Source of the DNA: an uncultured Planctomycetales bacterium
Lineage (GTDB): Bacteria; 4484-113; JAFGCY01
NCBI GenBank assembly: GCA_964609245.1
Contig: CAZSSB010000003.1
Location: 55,854-119,853 of the forward strand
Reading direction: 5' to 3'
Length of the DNA stretch: 64,000 nucleotides
Shown in pieces: positions 18,677 through 27,814 of this stretch (positions within the stretch are counted from its first letter, which is position 1; the number at the start of each line of letters is the position of its first letter). The translations under genes and the position numbers were made by a program. Below the pieces are notes generated by a model. It saw only the letters and a program-made list of their open reading frames with translations, made no database searches and was not told the DNA's origin.

Positions 18677-19768
18677 ATGGCAATGCGGCTGGATGCTTCC
18701 CTGATGCCCGAGGCGCGCTGGAACACGCACATCGCGTGCCTGACGCGGCTGTGTGACGCGGCCGGGCGCGGCCTGGACCTGATCGACGTGGCCGGGACGA
18801 CCGGATTGGCCTTCCGCACATCGCTGGCGCGCCGGGTCTCGCCCGCCGGCCAGTACCTTGCCTGGGCCTGGGAGCCGTCCTTCCGGCTGTGGCTGGACGT
18901 CCTGGGGCTGGACGCCGACGTTGCCGCCCACCGCGCCGGCCGTCCGACCTACGACAGCTGGCTTCAGCGCCAGCACGAGCGGATCGCGGACACGCTGGCG
19001 CGGGGTTTTCCGGTGCTCTGGTGGGACAACGTCGGCTTCGCGCTGATCTTGGGGGAGGAGGACGGCGGCTATCTGGTCTCCGGTCTGCCGTCCCAGGTCG
19101 TTCATCCGTTTTGGCTCACCGTGCCGGAGACCGCCGGGCTGGCGGCCCGCCTGCGCGATCCGCGCTCGCGTCAGCCCCAGTCGGTCTTCCGCGTGGAGCG
19201 CGACGACCTGACCTCGGCGGTCGAGCCCGAGGCGCTGCTTGTCTACGTGCACGGCGTGGGTCGGTTCGACCCGGAGCGGGCGCGTGCGCGCAGCATCGCC
19301 CTGGCCTGCGCCGAGCTGGGCGGCCGCGTTGCCTACCCGCGGCTGCGAGGGGACCTCGGGCGCGAATACGAGCCGCAGTTCGGCACGGAGGCCCTGACCC
19401 GCTGGCGCGAGGAGCTGAAGGACGGCCGCGTCCACCCCTTCGGCATGATCCAGGCGCTGCAGTCACTGGGCGAAGCGCGGCGGCTGGGTGCCGAGTATCT
19501 TGGCCGGCTGGCCGACCGCGCGGAGCCGGACCGGGAGCCGGCCCTCAGGCAGGCGGCGCACTTTTTCAAGCAGATCGGCGACTACCTGCGGCCGCTGCTG
19601 CGGGTCTTCGACATGCCGCTCGATCCTGACTCGCAGATGACTCGCGCGCGCTGGGAGTCCGGCCGCGAGGCGCTCTACCAGATGCAGCAGACCGAGGGCA
19701 CCGCCGCCCGCCTGCTGGCCAGCCTGGCTTCCGGCTCGCCGGACGAGGAGCAGGTGGTGGGGGGCTGA
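18677..19768 (+). CDS. Hypothetical protein
   Basis: Coding-like 3' part of track ORF 18077..19768, starting MAMRLDAS; the upstream part overlaps gltA out of frame. Confidence 0.65.
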   Translation: MAMRLDASLMPEARWNTHIACLTRLCDAAGRGLDLIDVAGTTGLAFRTSLARRVSPAGQYLAWAWEPSFRLWLDVLGLDADVAAHRAGRPTYDSWLQRQHERIADTLARGFPVLWWDNVGFALILGEEDGGYLVSGLPSQVVHPFWLTVPETAGLAARLRDPRSRQPQSVFRVERDDLTSAVEPEALLVYVHGVGRFDPERARARSIALACAELGGRVAYPRLRGDLGREYEPQFGTEALTRWREELKDGRVHPFGMIQALQSLGEARRLGAEYLGRLADRAEPDREPALRQAAHFFKQIGDYLRPLLRVFDMPLDPDSQMTRARWESGREALYQMQQTEGTAARLLASLASGSPDEEQVVGG

Positions 19769-19861
19769 GCCGCCGGGCTCAGGCTACAATGAACCGCAGC
19801 TGCCGCCGCCACGTCCAACTGGCGCGCGTGCAATCCTGCTAGGCAGCCAAAGGAGCTGGTT

Positions 19862-20338
19862 ATGGTGACATTCTTCAGGCGCATTCGATTCCAGCTGCTG
19901 ATCGCGGTGGCTTTCGTGCTGGGCTTCGGTTTCGCCGGCGCGCTCAGGCCCCTGCCGGCGACCGCCGGTATTGATCTCGGCGACATCCTGGAAGGCGCCG
20001 TCAAGATCGGCGGCGTCAAACTGGCGATCGACGAGTTCGGCGATGAACTCAACGACCTGATCAACAAGCTGCTGGACAACAATGATGCCAGCGTCGATGC
20101 CGCCACCAAGGTGGTGCCGATCATCTCGCTGATCGGCAACAAGCACATCGGCGCCGCGCAGGTGGTCGGGCCCGAGGACGCCGTGGAGAAGGTCGGCGCG
20201 GTCGTGCAGCTGGAAACCAGCTTCATGGACAAGCTGTTCCGCGTGCGCGCGATGGTGCCGATCGAGGGCGAAGATCCCGCCAAGCTGCACCGCGTCAAGG
20301 GCGTGGCAGTCAGCGCGATGATCGACATCAAGCTCTAG
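19862..20338 (+). CDS. Secreted/membrane-anchored hypothetical protein
   Basis: AAGGAG RBS; N-terminal hydrophobic signal ending LPATA; typical codon usage. Confidence 0.75.
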   Translation: MVTFFRRIRFQLLIAVAFVLGFGFAGALRPLPATAGIDLGDILEGAVKIGGVKLAIDEFGDELNDLINKLLDNNDASVDAATKVVPIISLIGNKHIGAAQVVGPEDAVEKVGAVVQLETSFMDKLFRVRAMVPIEGEDPAKLHRVKGVAVSAMIDIKL

Positions 20339-20601
20339 TCTGCGCGCGTCGCCAGGGCTTGACCGCTGATCTGGTGGGAACTGGGCCGGTCGCGAAGCCG
20401 CATCCGAATGCAAGGGGCGGAGGCTACCCCATGTGGGAACTCACCTCCGCCGATGCTTTGGGGAATCGCACCTTATAGTACCCAGGCGGTCCGCGCACTT
20501 AATCTGCCCTTGCCGAGATTGAACTGAGTCTCGCTTATCAACTCCGGCGCAAGCGTCGGGCCTGGGATTATCACGGCGCACTCGATGAGCCGGGCCCGCG
20601 A

Positions 20602-21381
20602 TCACCCGACCTGCAGCTGGCCGGCCAGGCGCGCGAGCGTCGCGATGGCGGACAGCGCCGCCAGGTAGCTGGTCCGCGGGTTCTCGGGGAATGGCAGGTT
20701 GCGCGAGGTGAACTCCACCTCGCCGGCCGGGCCTCGCGCGTAGACGTGGTGCGTGTTGCGCTCGACGGCCGGGTCCGCGATCAGCCTTACCTGCGTGCGC
20801 TCTGGCCCCAGGCCGGCGAAGCTGAGCGCGATCGCGACGTTGACATTCTTGGGGTAGTCACGGATCACGTCGGCGGCGCTGCCCTCGAACACGATCGTCT
20901 CTGTGGCGACCTCGAGGCCCAGGCTGGCGGGCGGCTTGCGCGTGGTTAGGCGCACCTCGTCGAGGCCGGCCACTGCCATTGCCTGGACCGCGTCCAGGCC
21001 GCCCAGCGCGCCGGAGGGTACGTGAATCACGGGCCCGGCTGCCGCGCGGTCTTTGACGTCCAGCAGGCCGCCAACCGACATCACCAGTACGTGACGGGGG
21101 CGGCCCAAAGCGGCCCCGGTCTGGCGCGCGGCGTCGATGACGGGCGGGACGGCACTGCCCGCGGCGCATTCGACCAGCACATCGGCGGCCGCAGCGGTGT
21201 CGGCCAGACCCAGGACGCGGGCCTCCGTCGCGTAGTCCTTGACCAGCCGTTGCGCGGCTTCCTGATCGACGTCGCACACGCCGGCGAGTTCGTAGGGGAG
21301 GGTGCCCTCGGCGACGGCCTGGGCGATGCGGCGACCGATGCACCCGGCGCCGACGATAGCGAGCGTTCGAAGATCACTCAT
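20602..21381 (-). CDS. nadX: L-aspartate dehydrogenase
   Basis: GAGCIG Rossmann motif, VECA, MSVGGL, PSGALGGLD, TTRKPP, YPKNVNVAIAL, NPRTSYLAALS. Confidence 0.92.
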   Translation of the reverse strand: MSDLRTLAIVGAGCIGRRIAQAVAEGTLPYELAGVCDVDQEAAQRLVKDYATEARVLGLADTAAAADVLVECAAGSAVPPVIDAARQTGAALGRPRHVLVMSVGGLLDVKDRAAAGPVIHVPSGALGGLDAVQAMAVAGLDEVRLTTRKPPASLGLEVATETIVFEGSAADVIRDYPKNVNVAIALSFAGLGPERTQVRLIADPAVERNTHHVYARGPAGEVEFTSRNLPFPENPRTSYLAALSAIATLARLAGQLQVG

Positions 21382-21472
21382 GCTGAATTCACCACCTTGG
21401 GGCTGACCACTGACCTCGTGCCGCCGGGCAGCGTGCCCCGGCTCTTGCCAGCCACCTGACGGGAGAGTGCGT

Positions 21473-22228
21473 CTACTTCAGCCAGCCGGAGTCGTCTGCT
21501 GCTTCCTGGTCGGTGGCCGCATCCGCCGATTCGGCGGGTGCGCCATCCGCGACGCCGATGCGTGTGACCTCCTTGGCCATGACGAAGATCATCATCGTCC
21601 TGCCCTGCAGCGCCGGCTCGTTGGCCATCTCCTCGGCAATCTGCTTGCCGACGAACGGCAGTTTCTCCAGCTCCATCAGGTCCCAGACCATGCACTGCCC
21701 GTAGGCGCGCACTCGATCGCCGACGCCACCGACGGGAGCCTGCTTGGTGATGTCCAGGACCATCACGCTGTTCTCCAGAATGTAAGGAGTCGCGTCCTCC
21801 GCATTGAAGGCGCCCTGCATGTCAGCCATGGGGCCGCTCTGGGAGGTGATGACGCCCTCGATCGCCAGCCACTTGCCCTTGTAGACGGTCGGGTTGGCGG
21901 CCAGGGCCTCGGCGTCCGTTTCCATCGCCTCCGCCTTGATGGTCGCGATGTCGGTGGCCTCTACGGTCTCGGCCACCTGCACCATCTGCATACCGATGTT
22001 GAGGAACGGCTGGGCGAACCGATAGCCGCAGTAGCCGACGACGCCGCCGATGATCAGCAGCACGAGGCACGTGATTCCGCAACAGGCCAGCCAGTTGAAG
22101 CCCTTGCCCTGCGGCGGCGGCGGCACATACCCCCCGGGTGGCTGGGTGGGTGGCTGATAGGGCTGCTGGGCGGGGGGCGCTCCCGTATCGGCCGGCACCT
22201 GGGGCGGTTGCTGCTGGTCGCTGTCCAT
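21473..22228 (-). CDS. Single-pass membrane protein: Pro/Gln-rich N-terminus, Cys-rich TM, OB-fold-like ectodomain
   Basis: GGAG RBS; WLACCGITCLVLLIIGGVVGYC TM; ANPTVYKGKWLAIEGVI and VGDRVRAYG OB-like strands. Confidence 0.7.
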   Translation of the reverse strand: MDSDQQQPPQVPADTGAPPAQQPYQPPTQPPGGYVPPPPQGKGFNWLACCGITCLVLLIIGGVVGYCGYRFAQPFLNIGMQMVQVAETVEATDIATIKAEAMETDAEALAANPTVYKGKWLAIEGVITSQSGPMADMQGAFNAEDATPYILENSVMVLDITKQAPVGGVGDRVRAYGQCMVWDLMELEKLPFVGKQIAEEMANEPALQGRTMMIFVMAKEVTRIGVADGAPAESADAATDQEAADDSGWLK

Positions 22229-22358
22229 GAGTGTCCTCCAATCCAGTTGTCGAAACGCTCGGTCAAGCGGCTGCCGAACGTGAACCGCCTGCGCGCGTCA
22301 CCGGCGCACAGGCGGCTGTTGGCTCTTCACAGGCAACCTGCGGTGGTCGGCCGCACCG

Positions 22359-23126
22359 CTAGGCGCTACCCTCTTCGGGTTCCTCGGTTTCGTTCTCCGC
22401 AGCCTCGTCCTCGGCCGGTTCCTCATCAGGCATCGTCTCATCGGCAGCCGGCTCCTCGGCCATCTCGTCGGTTGCTTCCTCGGTAGTCAGCTCGCCCGGC
22501 ATCGGCTCCGCGCCCTCTTCCGTCGGCAGCGCCGTGACCTCGACGTCCTTGGCGATCAGGAACACGACGGTCTCGGACATACCTTCCACGTCGCCGAATT
22601 CCGTCCTGAGATTCTCGCCGACTACCGGCAGCTCCCAGATGTCGCTGATTCTCAGGACGAACAGCTTGCCGTAGGCCATGATCGTGGTGCCTTCGGCGAC
22701 GTCCGGACCCTCACCACTGATGTCCACGACAACCACGGAGTCGTCGATCACGTAGCCCTTGTAGCTCTCGTCGTCACGGTAGATATTGAGCGCCATGTTC
22801 TGCTCAACACCGATCGACTCCTCCTTGCTGACCATGCCGTCCGTCATAACGTAGCGGTCGTCAAACCCGGTCGGATCCTTGCCCAGCTGCTCCGCTGGTA
22901 CGTAGGCCGCTTCGTTCTCAATCTGGGACCGCGTCATGTCCATCATCTCGGCGATGGCGGGCTCCAGGCGCATTGCCGACTGCACGATTGGGTTTTCCTT
23001 GGCCTTGTTCCAGATAGTAATCGCGTAGATCACGATAAACACCAGGATGACCAAGGCTACAATGCCGAAGATACTAAGCCAGTTAATGCCCTTGGGACTA
23101 TCTTCGATCTGCGGGGTGGTGTCCAT
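22359..23126 (-). CDS. Single-pass membrane protein, paralog of 21473..22228
   Basis: GGAGG RBS; TM INWLSIFGIVALVILVFIVIYAI; DDSVVVVDISGEGPDVAEGTTIMAYG aligns with ENSVMVLDITKQAPVGGVGDRVRAYG; acidic tail. Confidence 0.7.
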   Translation of the reverse strand: MDTTPQIEDSPKGINWLSIFGIVALVILVFIVIYAITIWNKAKENPIVQSAMRLEPAIAEMMDMTRSQIENEAAYVPAEQLGKDPTGFDDRYVMTDGMVSKEESIGVEQNMALNIYRDDESYKGYVIDDSVVVVDISGEGPDVAEGTTIMAYGKLFVLRISDIWELPVVGENLRTEFGDVEGMSETVVFLIAKDVEVTALPTEEGAEPMPGELTTEEATDEMAEEPAADETMPDEEPAEDEAAENETEEPEEGSA

Positions 23127-23246
23127 ACGTCTTCCTCCTGCCAGATTGCCACAATTATAGACGATTCCACTGTCAAGGCCACGCGTTCGGCGCTTTCGCG
23201 CCTGTCCGCTACACTAATGAGGATCACACCGGGCGGGAGGAGTGGT

Positions 23247-24137
23247 ATGGGAGTCCAACCTGCGAGCGGGCCCCAGGCGGCATTGGGCATGGCTGTTCGC
23301 TGGGGGCTGCTGGTGTTGGCAGTCGGCGCGGCGCTGGCTTATCTGCTGCTCAGCAGCGCTGTGGCCGGCGCGGCGCGCAGCGGGCTGTATGACAGCCAAC
23401 TCGGCGGCCAGCAGGCGCTGGTGGTGGCGATGTGCTCACACCTGGACGCCGATGTCCGCAGCGGAGAGGATGCGCTGACCGCATTCGATCGCTTGGCATC
23501 GTTTATGACGCTGCAGCTCGGTTCGGCCGGCGGGGGCCTCAGCTTGGTTGATCCTGAGGGCTCCGTCGTCGCGCAGCAGGGCGCCGGAGAGATCGCCGCC
23601 GCCGGCGAGTTGACCGGGCTGGTCGTCAGAGATCCGCGTTCCGGCGCTGCATTCAGCTTCGATGAGTACCTCTCGCTGCATCGCAAGCTGCAGCAGCCTC
23701 CGGCCGGTTTGCTCTACTCCGCGGCCGGCACGCCCCAGCGGCAGAGCATCGCAACCGCCCGCGTCCCGGCCAACGGGTGGTCGCTGGTGGTGCACCAGGG
23801 CACGCGTCCGATCGAGGAGGTGCTGAGCACGGTGCGTCTTTACCTGCTGGTCTCTTTCCTCTGCCTGGCGATCCTGGTACTGCTGTTCGTACTGCGCATC
23901 TATCACTCGCTGGCTGTCGTGTTCAATACCGCCGTGCGGTCGTCGGAGGCGCTGACGGTGGCATCGACTACCTTCCAGGAAAGCCTGGGTGTGATGCGGG
24001 CGCCACTGCACAACATCCAGGGACTGGCGGACCTGCTCTGTCTGGCGGCCGACAGCGTGGAGCGCGAACGCTACGCCGAAGAGATCAAGACCGAGGTCCG
24101 CAAGCTCATCGAGATGTTCAAGAAAGCGGAGATCTAG
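23247..24137 (+). CDS. Membrane sensor-like protein (2 TM, Cache-like periplasmic domain, degenerate HisKA helix, no HATPase)
   Basis: GGAGGAG RBS, ATG 23247; TM-periplasm-TM; C-terminus LGVMRAPLHNIQGLADLL...ERERYAEEIKTEVRKL. Confidence 0.65.
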   Translation: MGVQPASGPQAALGMAVRWGLLVLAVGAALAYLLLSSAVAGAARSGLYDSQLGGQQALVVAMCSHLDADVRSGEDALTAFDRLASFMTLQLGSAGGGLSLVDPEGSVVAQQGAGEIAAAGELTGLVVRDPRSGAAFSFDEYLSLHRKLQQPPAGLLYSAAGTPQRQSIATARVPANGWSLVVHQGTRPIEEVLSTVRLYLLVSFLCLAILVLLFVLRIYHSLAVVFNTAVRSSEALTVASTTFQESLGVMRAPLHNIQGLADLLCLAADSVERERYAEEIKTEVRKLIEMFKKAEI

Positions 24138-25066
24138 TCGCCCGCCGGCGGCGGTGGGGCCTGGCTGACAATCCGGTTCTTCTTCATCCGCACCTCGTTG
24201 CCGGCCTCGTTGAAGGCCACGCCGTCCATCAGCGACTGAATCAGCAGCAGGCCGCGACCGCTGCTGCGGAACAGCTCCTCCGGGTCAGTGCTCTGCGTCC
24301 GAGCTTGGTGGTCGAAGCCGGGTCCCTCGTCGCGGATCGCCACGGACATCTCCTCCTCGGAGATCACCAGGTTGACGCGGATCTTCTTGTCGCGGTTCTG
24401 CGGATCCTCCATGCACCCCAGCAGGAAGTCACGCCACTCCTGCTGGCCGTGCTCCAGGTACTTGGTCTTGGTGTCGCCGCTGATGCCGAGATTGCCATGC
24501 TCGAACGCGTTGGTCAGCGCCTCGTAGAGGCAGACCTTGACGTCGTGCAGATCCTCATCGCTGACCAGCCAGCGCGCCCTGAGGTGGGAGAAGATGTAGT
24601 TGATCACGGTGTTGAGCAGGTCGAACTCGTTGGGGACCTCGAGATTGATATCCTCGTGGGCGATGTACTTGATAATCTCGCGTTGGTCGGCCTCTTCCGC
24701 CATCTTGCGGAAGGTCTTGTCGATGGTCTCCAGCACCTCATTGATGTCGAAGGGCTTCTTGATGAAGTCCTCTGCGCCAAGGTGGATCGCCTCGATCGCG
24801 TCGTCCAGCGTTCCGTAGCCGGTGATGATGATCACCGGAATGCCGGGCTCGATCGCCTTGAGATTGCGCAATAGCTCGATCCCGTTCATCTCCTTCATCA
24901 GCAGGTCGGAGATGACCAGGTCCACCGGCTGCTCCTTGAACATGTCCAGCGCCACAACGCCGTCATCCGCGGTGAAAACCCGATAGGCCGTGGTCTGCTC
25001 CAGCTTGCGGCGCAGCACGTTGCGGATGATCTCTTCGTCGTCAACAATGAGGATTGACTTGGCCAT
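24134..25066 (-). CDS. Response regulator receiver fused to an RsbW-type (HATPase_c_2) anti-sigma/Ser kinase domain
   Basis: ILIVDD, VISDLLM, IIITGYG, FIKKPF; EALTNAFEHGN, IRDEGPGFD, SGRGLLLI, GNEVRM. Confidence 0.9.
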   Translation of the reverse strand: MAKSILIVDDEEIIRNVLRRKLEQTTAYRVFTADDGVVALDMFKEQPVDLVISDLLMKEMNGIELLRNLKAIEPGIPVIIITGYGTLDDAIEAIHLGAEDFIKKPFDINEVLETIDKTFRKMAEEADQREIIKYIAHEDINLEVPNEFDLLNTVINYIFSHLRARWLVSDEDLHDVKVCLYEALTNAFEHGNLGISGDTKTKYLEHGQQEWRDFLLGCMEDPQNRDKKIRVNLVISEEEMSVAIRDEGPGFDHQARTQSTDPEELFRSSGRGLLLIQSLMDGVAFNEAGNEVRMKKNRIVSQAPPPPAGD

Positions 25067-25154
25067 AGCGCTGCTGCTCGTTGGACTCGTATTATACCTT
25101 TGCGTTGAGTCTGCCGCTGCTCCCACGAGACGTGCCGAGCCGTTATACTCAAGT

Positions 25155-25400
25155 ATGGTGCCCGGCGGCGATGAACTCTGGCTGACGGTTTTCGGTGGGC
25201 TGATCGTGTTGGCGATCATTGCCTTCCTGCGCATTCAGTCCTACATGGAGGATCCCCGCCGCGCGGAGTTCAACGAGTGGTGGTTTGCCCGCTTCGAGGA
25301 GCGGCAGCGCCGACGCTACCACGACCGGCGGCTCCGGTGGCGCATCCACGTGCTCGACGGGGCGTTTCGGGTGCGGGACGGGCGGCGGATGGCGCGCTGA
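25155..25400 (+). CDS. Small single-TM hypothetical protein
   Basis: MVPGGDELWLTVFGGLIVLAIIAFLRIQSY...; similar to the next gene; TATACT 5 nt before ATG. Confidence 0.6.
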   Translation: MVPGGDELWLTVFGGLIVLAIIAFLRIQSYMEDPRRAEFNEWWFARFEERQRRRYHDRRLRWRIHVLDGAFRVRDGRRMAR

Positions 25401-25458
25401 ACCTCCGGGCGTGCCGCGGAGTCTGATATGTGCGGCCAACCGCTATACTGGGGGTGCC

Positions 25459-25761
25459 ATGTACACGCTGGAGTTTCTGATCGATCCGCAGGCACAGGCC
25501 AGTCTGGAACTGGTGTGGTGGGCGCTGGCGCTGGGCGCCGCCCTGCTCGTGTTCATCAATATCCAGGTCTACTACGCTAATCCGCGGCGTCGAGATTTGG
25601 AGCGCAGCTGGGCCCAGGCGTTCGAGGCGGCTCAGCTGCAGCGCTACGCCGACAGCGACATCGAGTGGCGGGCCAAAGACCTGAACCTGCATTTCGGCCA
25701 CCAGCTGACGGGCCGGAATACTCTCGACGAGTGGTTCGATTCCAAGATGTCGGTGTTCTGA
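25459..25761 (+). CDS. Small single-TM hypothetical protein, paralog of 25155..25400
   Basis: MYTLEFLID...WWALALGAALLVFINIQVYYANPRRRDL...; shares the IQxYxxxPRR...W...F...RY......WR pattern. Confidence 0.6.
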   Translation: MYTLEFLIDPQAQASLELVWWALALGAALLVFINIQVYYANPRRRDLERSWAQAFEAAQLQRYADSDIEWRAKDLNLHFGHQLTGRNTLDEWFDSKMSVF

Positions 25762-25762
25762 G

Positions 25763-26347
25763 CTAGCCGCCCAGTCCGGCGAAGCCCTGAAAGGCCATCG
25801 CGACGATGCCCGCGATGACCAGGGCGATCGGCACACCCTCCATTGCCTTGGGCACCTCCATCAGTTCCATCCTCTCGCGGATGCCGGCGAAGATCACAAT
25901 CGCCAGGATGAAGCCGATCGCCGAGCCGAAGGCGAACAGCAGCGCGACCGGGTAGTTGTATTCGTTCTGGATCGCCAGCAGCGCCACGCCCAGGATTGCG
26001 CAGTTGGTGGTGATCAGCGGCAGGTAGATTCCCAGCGCGTCGAACAGGCCCTTGGCCACCTTGCGCAGCACGATCTCGACCAGCTGGACCAGTGAGGCGA
26101 TCACCAGAATGAAGGCCAGCGTACGCAGATAGCCCAGGTCGAGCGGGACGAGCACCAGATGGTAGATCGGCCAGGTCACGGCGACGGCCAGCGTCATCAC
26201 GAAGGTGACTGCGAAGCCCATGCCCAGGGCGGTGTCCAGCTTCTTGGAGACACCCAGGTAGGGGCAGATCCCCAGGAACTGCTGGAAGATGACGTTGTTG
26301 ACCAGGATCGCTCCCAGTACCAGCATCAGGATCTCTGCTACGCCCAT
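25763..26347 (-). CDS. rnfA: Rnf electron transport complex subunit A
   Basis: [29 protein letters not shown]. Confidence 0.96.
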   Translation of the reverse strand: MGVAEILMLVLGAILVNNVIFQQFLGICPYLGVSKKLDTALGMGFAVTFVMTLAVAVTWPIYHLVLVPLDLGYLRTLAFILVIASLVQLVEIVLRKVAKGLFDALGIYLPLITTNCAILGVALLAIQNEYNYPVALLFAFGSAIGFILAIVIFAGIRERMELMEVPKAMEGVPIALVIAGIVAMAFQGFAGLGG

Positions 26348-27003
26348 TACGCCGCACCTCCCTTGGCCAGCCGCGCCTCACGCTCGCGCGACTTTCTCAG
26401 CTCCTCTTGTCGCTGGGTGATTGCGTTCATGCCGGCGATCAGCAGCCCCAGCGTGATGAACGCTCCCGGTGGCAGGATCATGATGATCCAGGGGTGGGCG
26501 GTGAAGGGCGGGACCGGAAACCCCAGCCAGGTGCCGTTGCCCAGAATCTCACGGACGGTGCCGACGGCCACGAGCGCGAAGGTGAAGCCGATTCCCATCC
26601 CCAGCGCGTCGATCATCGACATGAAGATGCCGTTCTTCGAGGCGAAGGCCTCGGCGCGTCCCAGGATGATGCAGTTGACCACGATCAGCGGCACGAAGAC
26701 CCCCAGGCTCTTGCTAAGCTCGAAGAAGAAGCCTTGCAGCACCAGGTCGACGATGGTGACGAAGGCCGCGATCACCACGATGAAGCACGGGATGCGCATC
26801 CGCGGCGGGATGATCTTGCGCAGCAGGCTGACCACGATGTTGCTGCACAGCAGCACGAAGGTCGCCGCCGCCCCCATCCCCAGTCCGTTCTCGACGCTGG
26901 TGGTGACCGCCAGCACCGGGCAGAGCCCCAGCAGCAGCCTGAGGACCGGGTTGTCCTTCCATATTCCCTTCATGAACTCAGCGGAGACGCTGCTAGTTGC
27001 CAC
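26347..27003 (-). CDS. rnfE: Rnf electron transport complex subunit E
   Basis: GTG 27003 after GGAGG; [41 protein letters not shown]. Confidence 0.96.
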   Translation of the reverse strand: MATSSVSAEFMKGIWKDNPVLRLLLGLCPVLAVTTSVENGLGMGAAATFVLLCSNIVVSLLRKIIPPRMRIPCFIVVIAAFVTIVDLVLQGFFFELSKSLGVFVPLIVVNCIILGRAEAFASKNGIFMSMIDALGMGIGFTFALVAVGTVREILGNGTWLGFPVPPFTAHPWIIMILPPGAFITLGLLIAGMNAITQRQEELRKSREREARLAKGGAA

Positions 27004-27814
27004 TTCCCACCTCCTCGGCGGCAGGTGCCTCTGCCGCGTCCGGCTCCATGGTTTCCTCCGCGACCGCCAACTCCTCTTCGGCCGCCATGGTTGGGGCTGC
27101 CTCGGTCGCACCCGGCTGCTCAGCGGTGTCCGTGGGCCGTGACGCGAACTCCTTGATGCCGCCGGCGGACTCGAACGCCCCGATACCCTGGCTCAGCGCG
27201 CTGCAGACGGCGCGGCTGGTGATCGTCGCGCCGGTAACCGCGTCGATCTCGCCGCCGTCCTTGGCGACCATGAAGCTGTAGTCAAGCGGCTTGCCGTCGA
27301 ACTGGTCGATATAGGGCGACTCGGCCGCCTTGCTGCCGAGGCCCGGCGTTTCGGCGCTTTCCAGCACGCGCACGCGCTCAATCGTGCCGTCGGGCGCGAT
27401 GCCGAAGACGATCGAGAAGTAGCCGGAGTAGCCAGTCTTGACCGCGCTGGTCATCCCGAAGCCCGAGGCCGCGCCCTCGTGCTCGCCGACGTACAGCCTG
27501 ACGTCCTCGCTCAGTTCCTGCTCAGTCGCCAGGATGTCGTTGCCGAAGGCCGGCATCACCTGGGTCAGCTTGTCCTGCTTGTCCTTGCGCTTGGCCTCGG
27601 CGATCGGCTCCTCCGTGACGGCGTAGACCATCGCCAGCAGCAGCCCCATCACGGCGGCGATCAGGACGGGCGGCAGCATGATCAGCGGGCTGATTGTGGC
27701 GGCTCCGCTGCTCTGCGCCAGCGCCTCGCCGATCTGCTCGCGCGCCTCGCTGATCTCCTCGTGCTCCGGTGGCTGCACGCTTCTCTGCTGCTCTTGCTCA
27801 GGCACTGGCCTCAC
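26993..27814 (-). CDS. rnfG: Rnf electron transport complex subunit G
   Basis: TM anchor, GYSG, ETPGLGS, IDAVTGATITSRAV FMN-binding motif. Confidence 0.95.
   Translation of the reverse strand: MRPVPEQEQQRSVQPPEHEEISEAREQIGEALAQSSGAATISPLIMLPPVLIAAVMGLLLAMVYAVTEEPIAEAKRKDKQDKLTQVMPAFGNDILATEQELSEDVRLYVGEHEGAASGFGMTSAVKTGYSGYFSIVFGIAPDGTIERVRVLESAETPGLGSKAAESPYIDQFDGKPLDYSFMVAKDGGEIDAVTGATITSRAVCSALSQGIGAFESAGGIKEFASRPTDTAEQPGATEAAPTMAAEEELAVAEETMEPDAAEAPAAEEVGSGN

Noticed and set aside
20534-20589. CTTATC...GATGAG resembling the SAM-I riboswitch P1 helix
   Set aside because: Only ~45 nt between the arms, none of the SAM-I core motifs, and no downstream gene in that orientation.
20473-20604. 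Read-through of the nadX TGA into a 42-codon open stretch
   Set aside because: NadX is already full length; no Cys motif, no SECIS-like geometry, and the extension is not protein-like.
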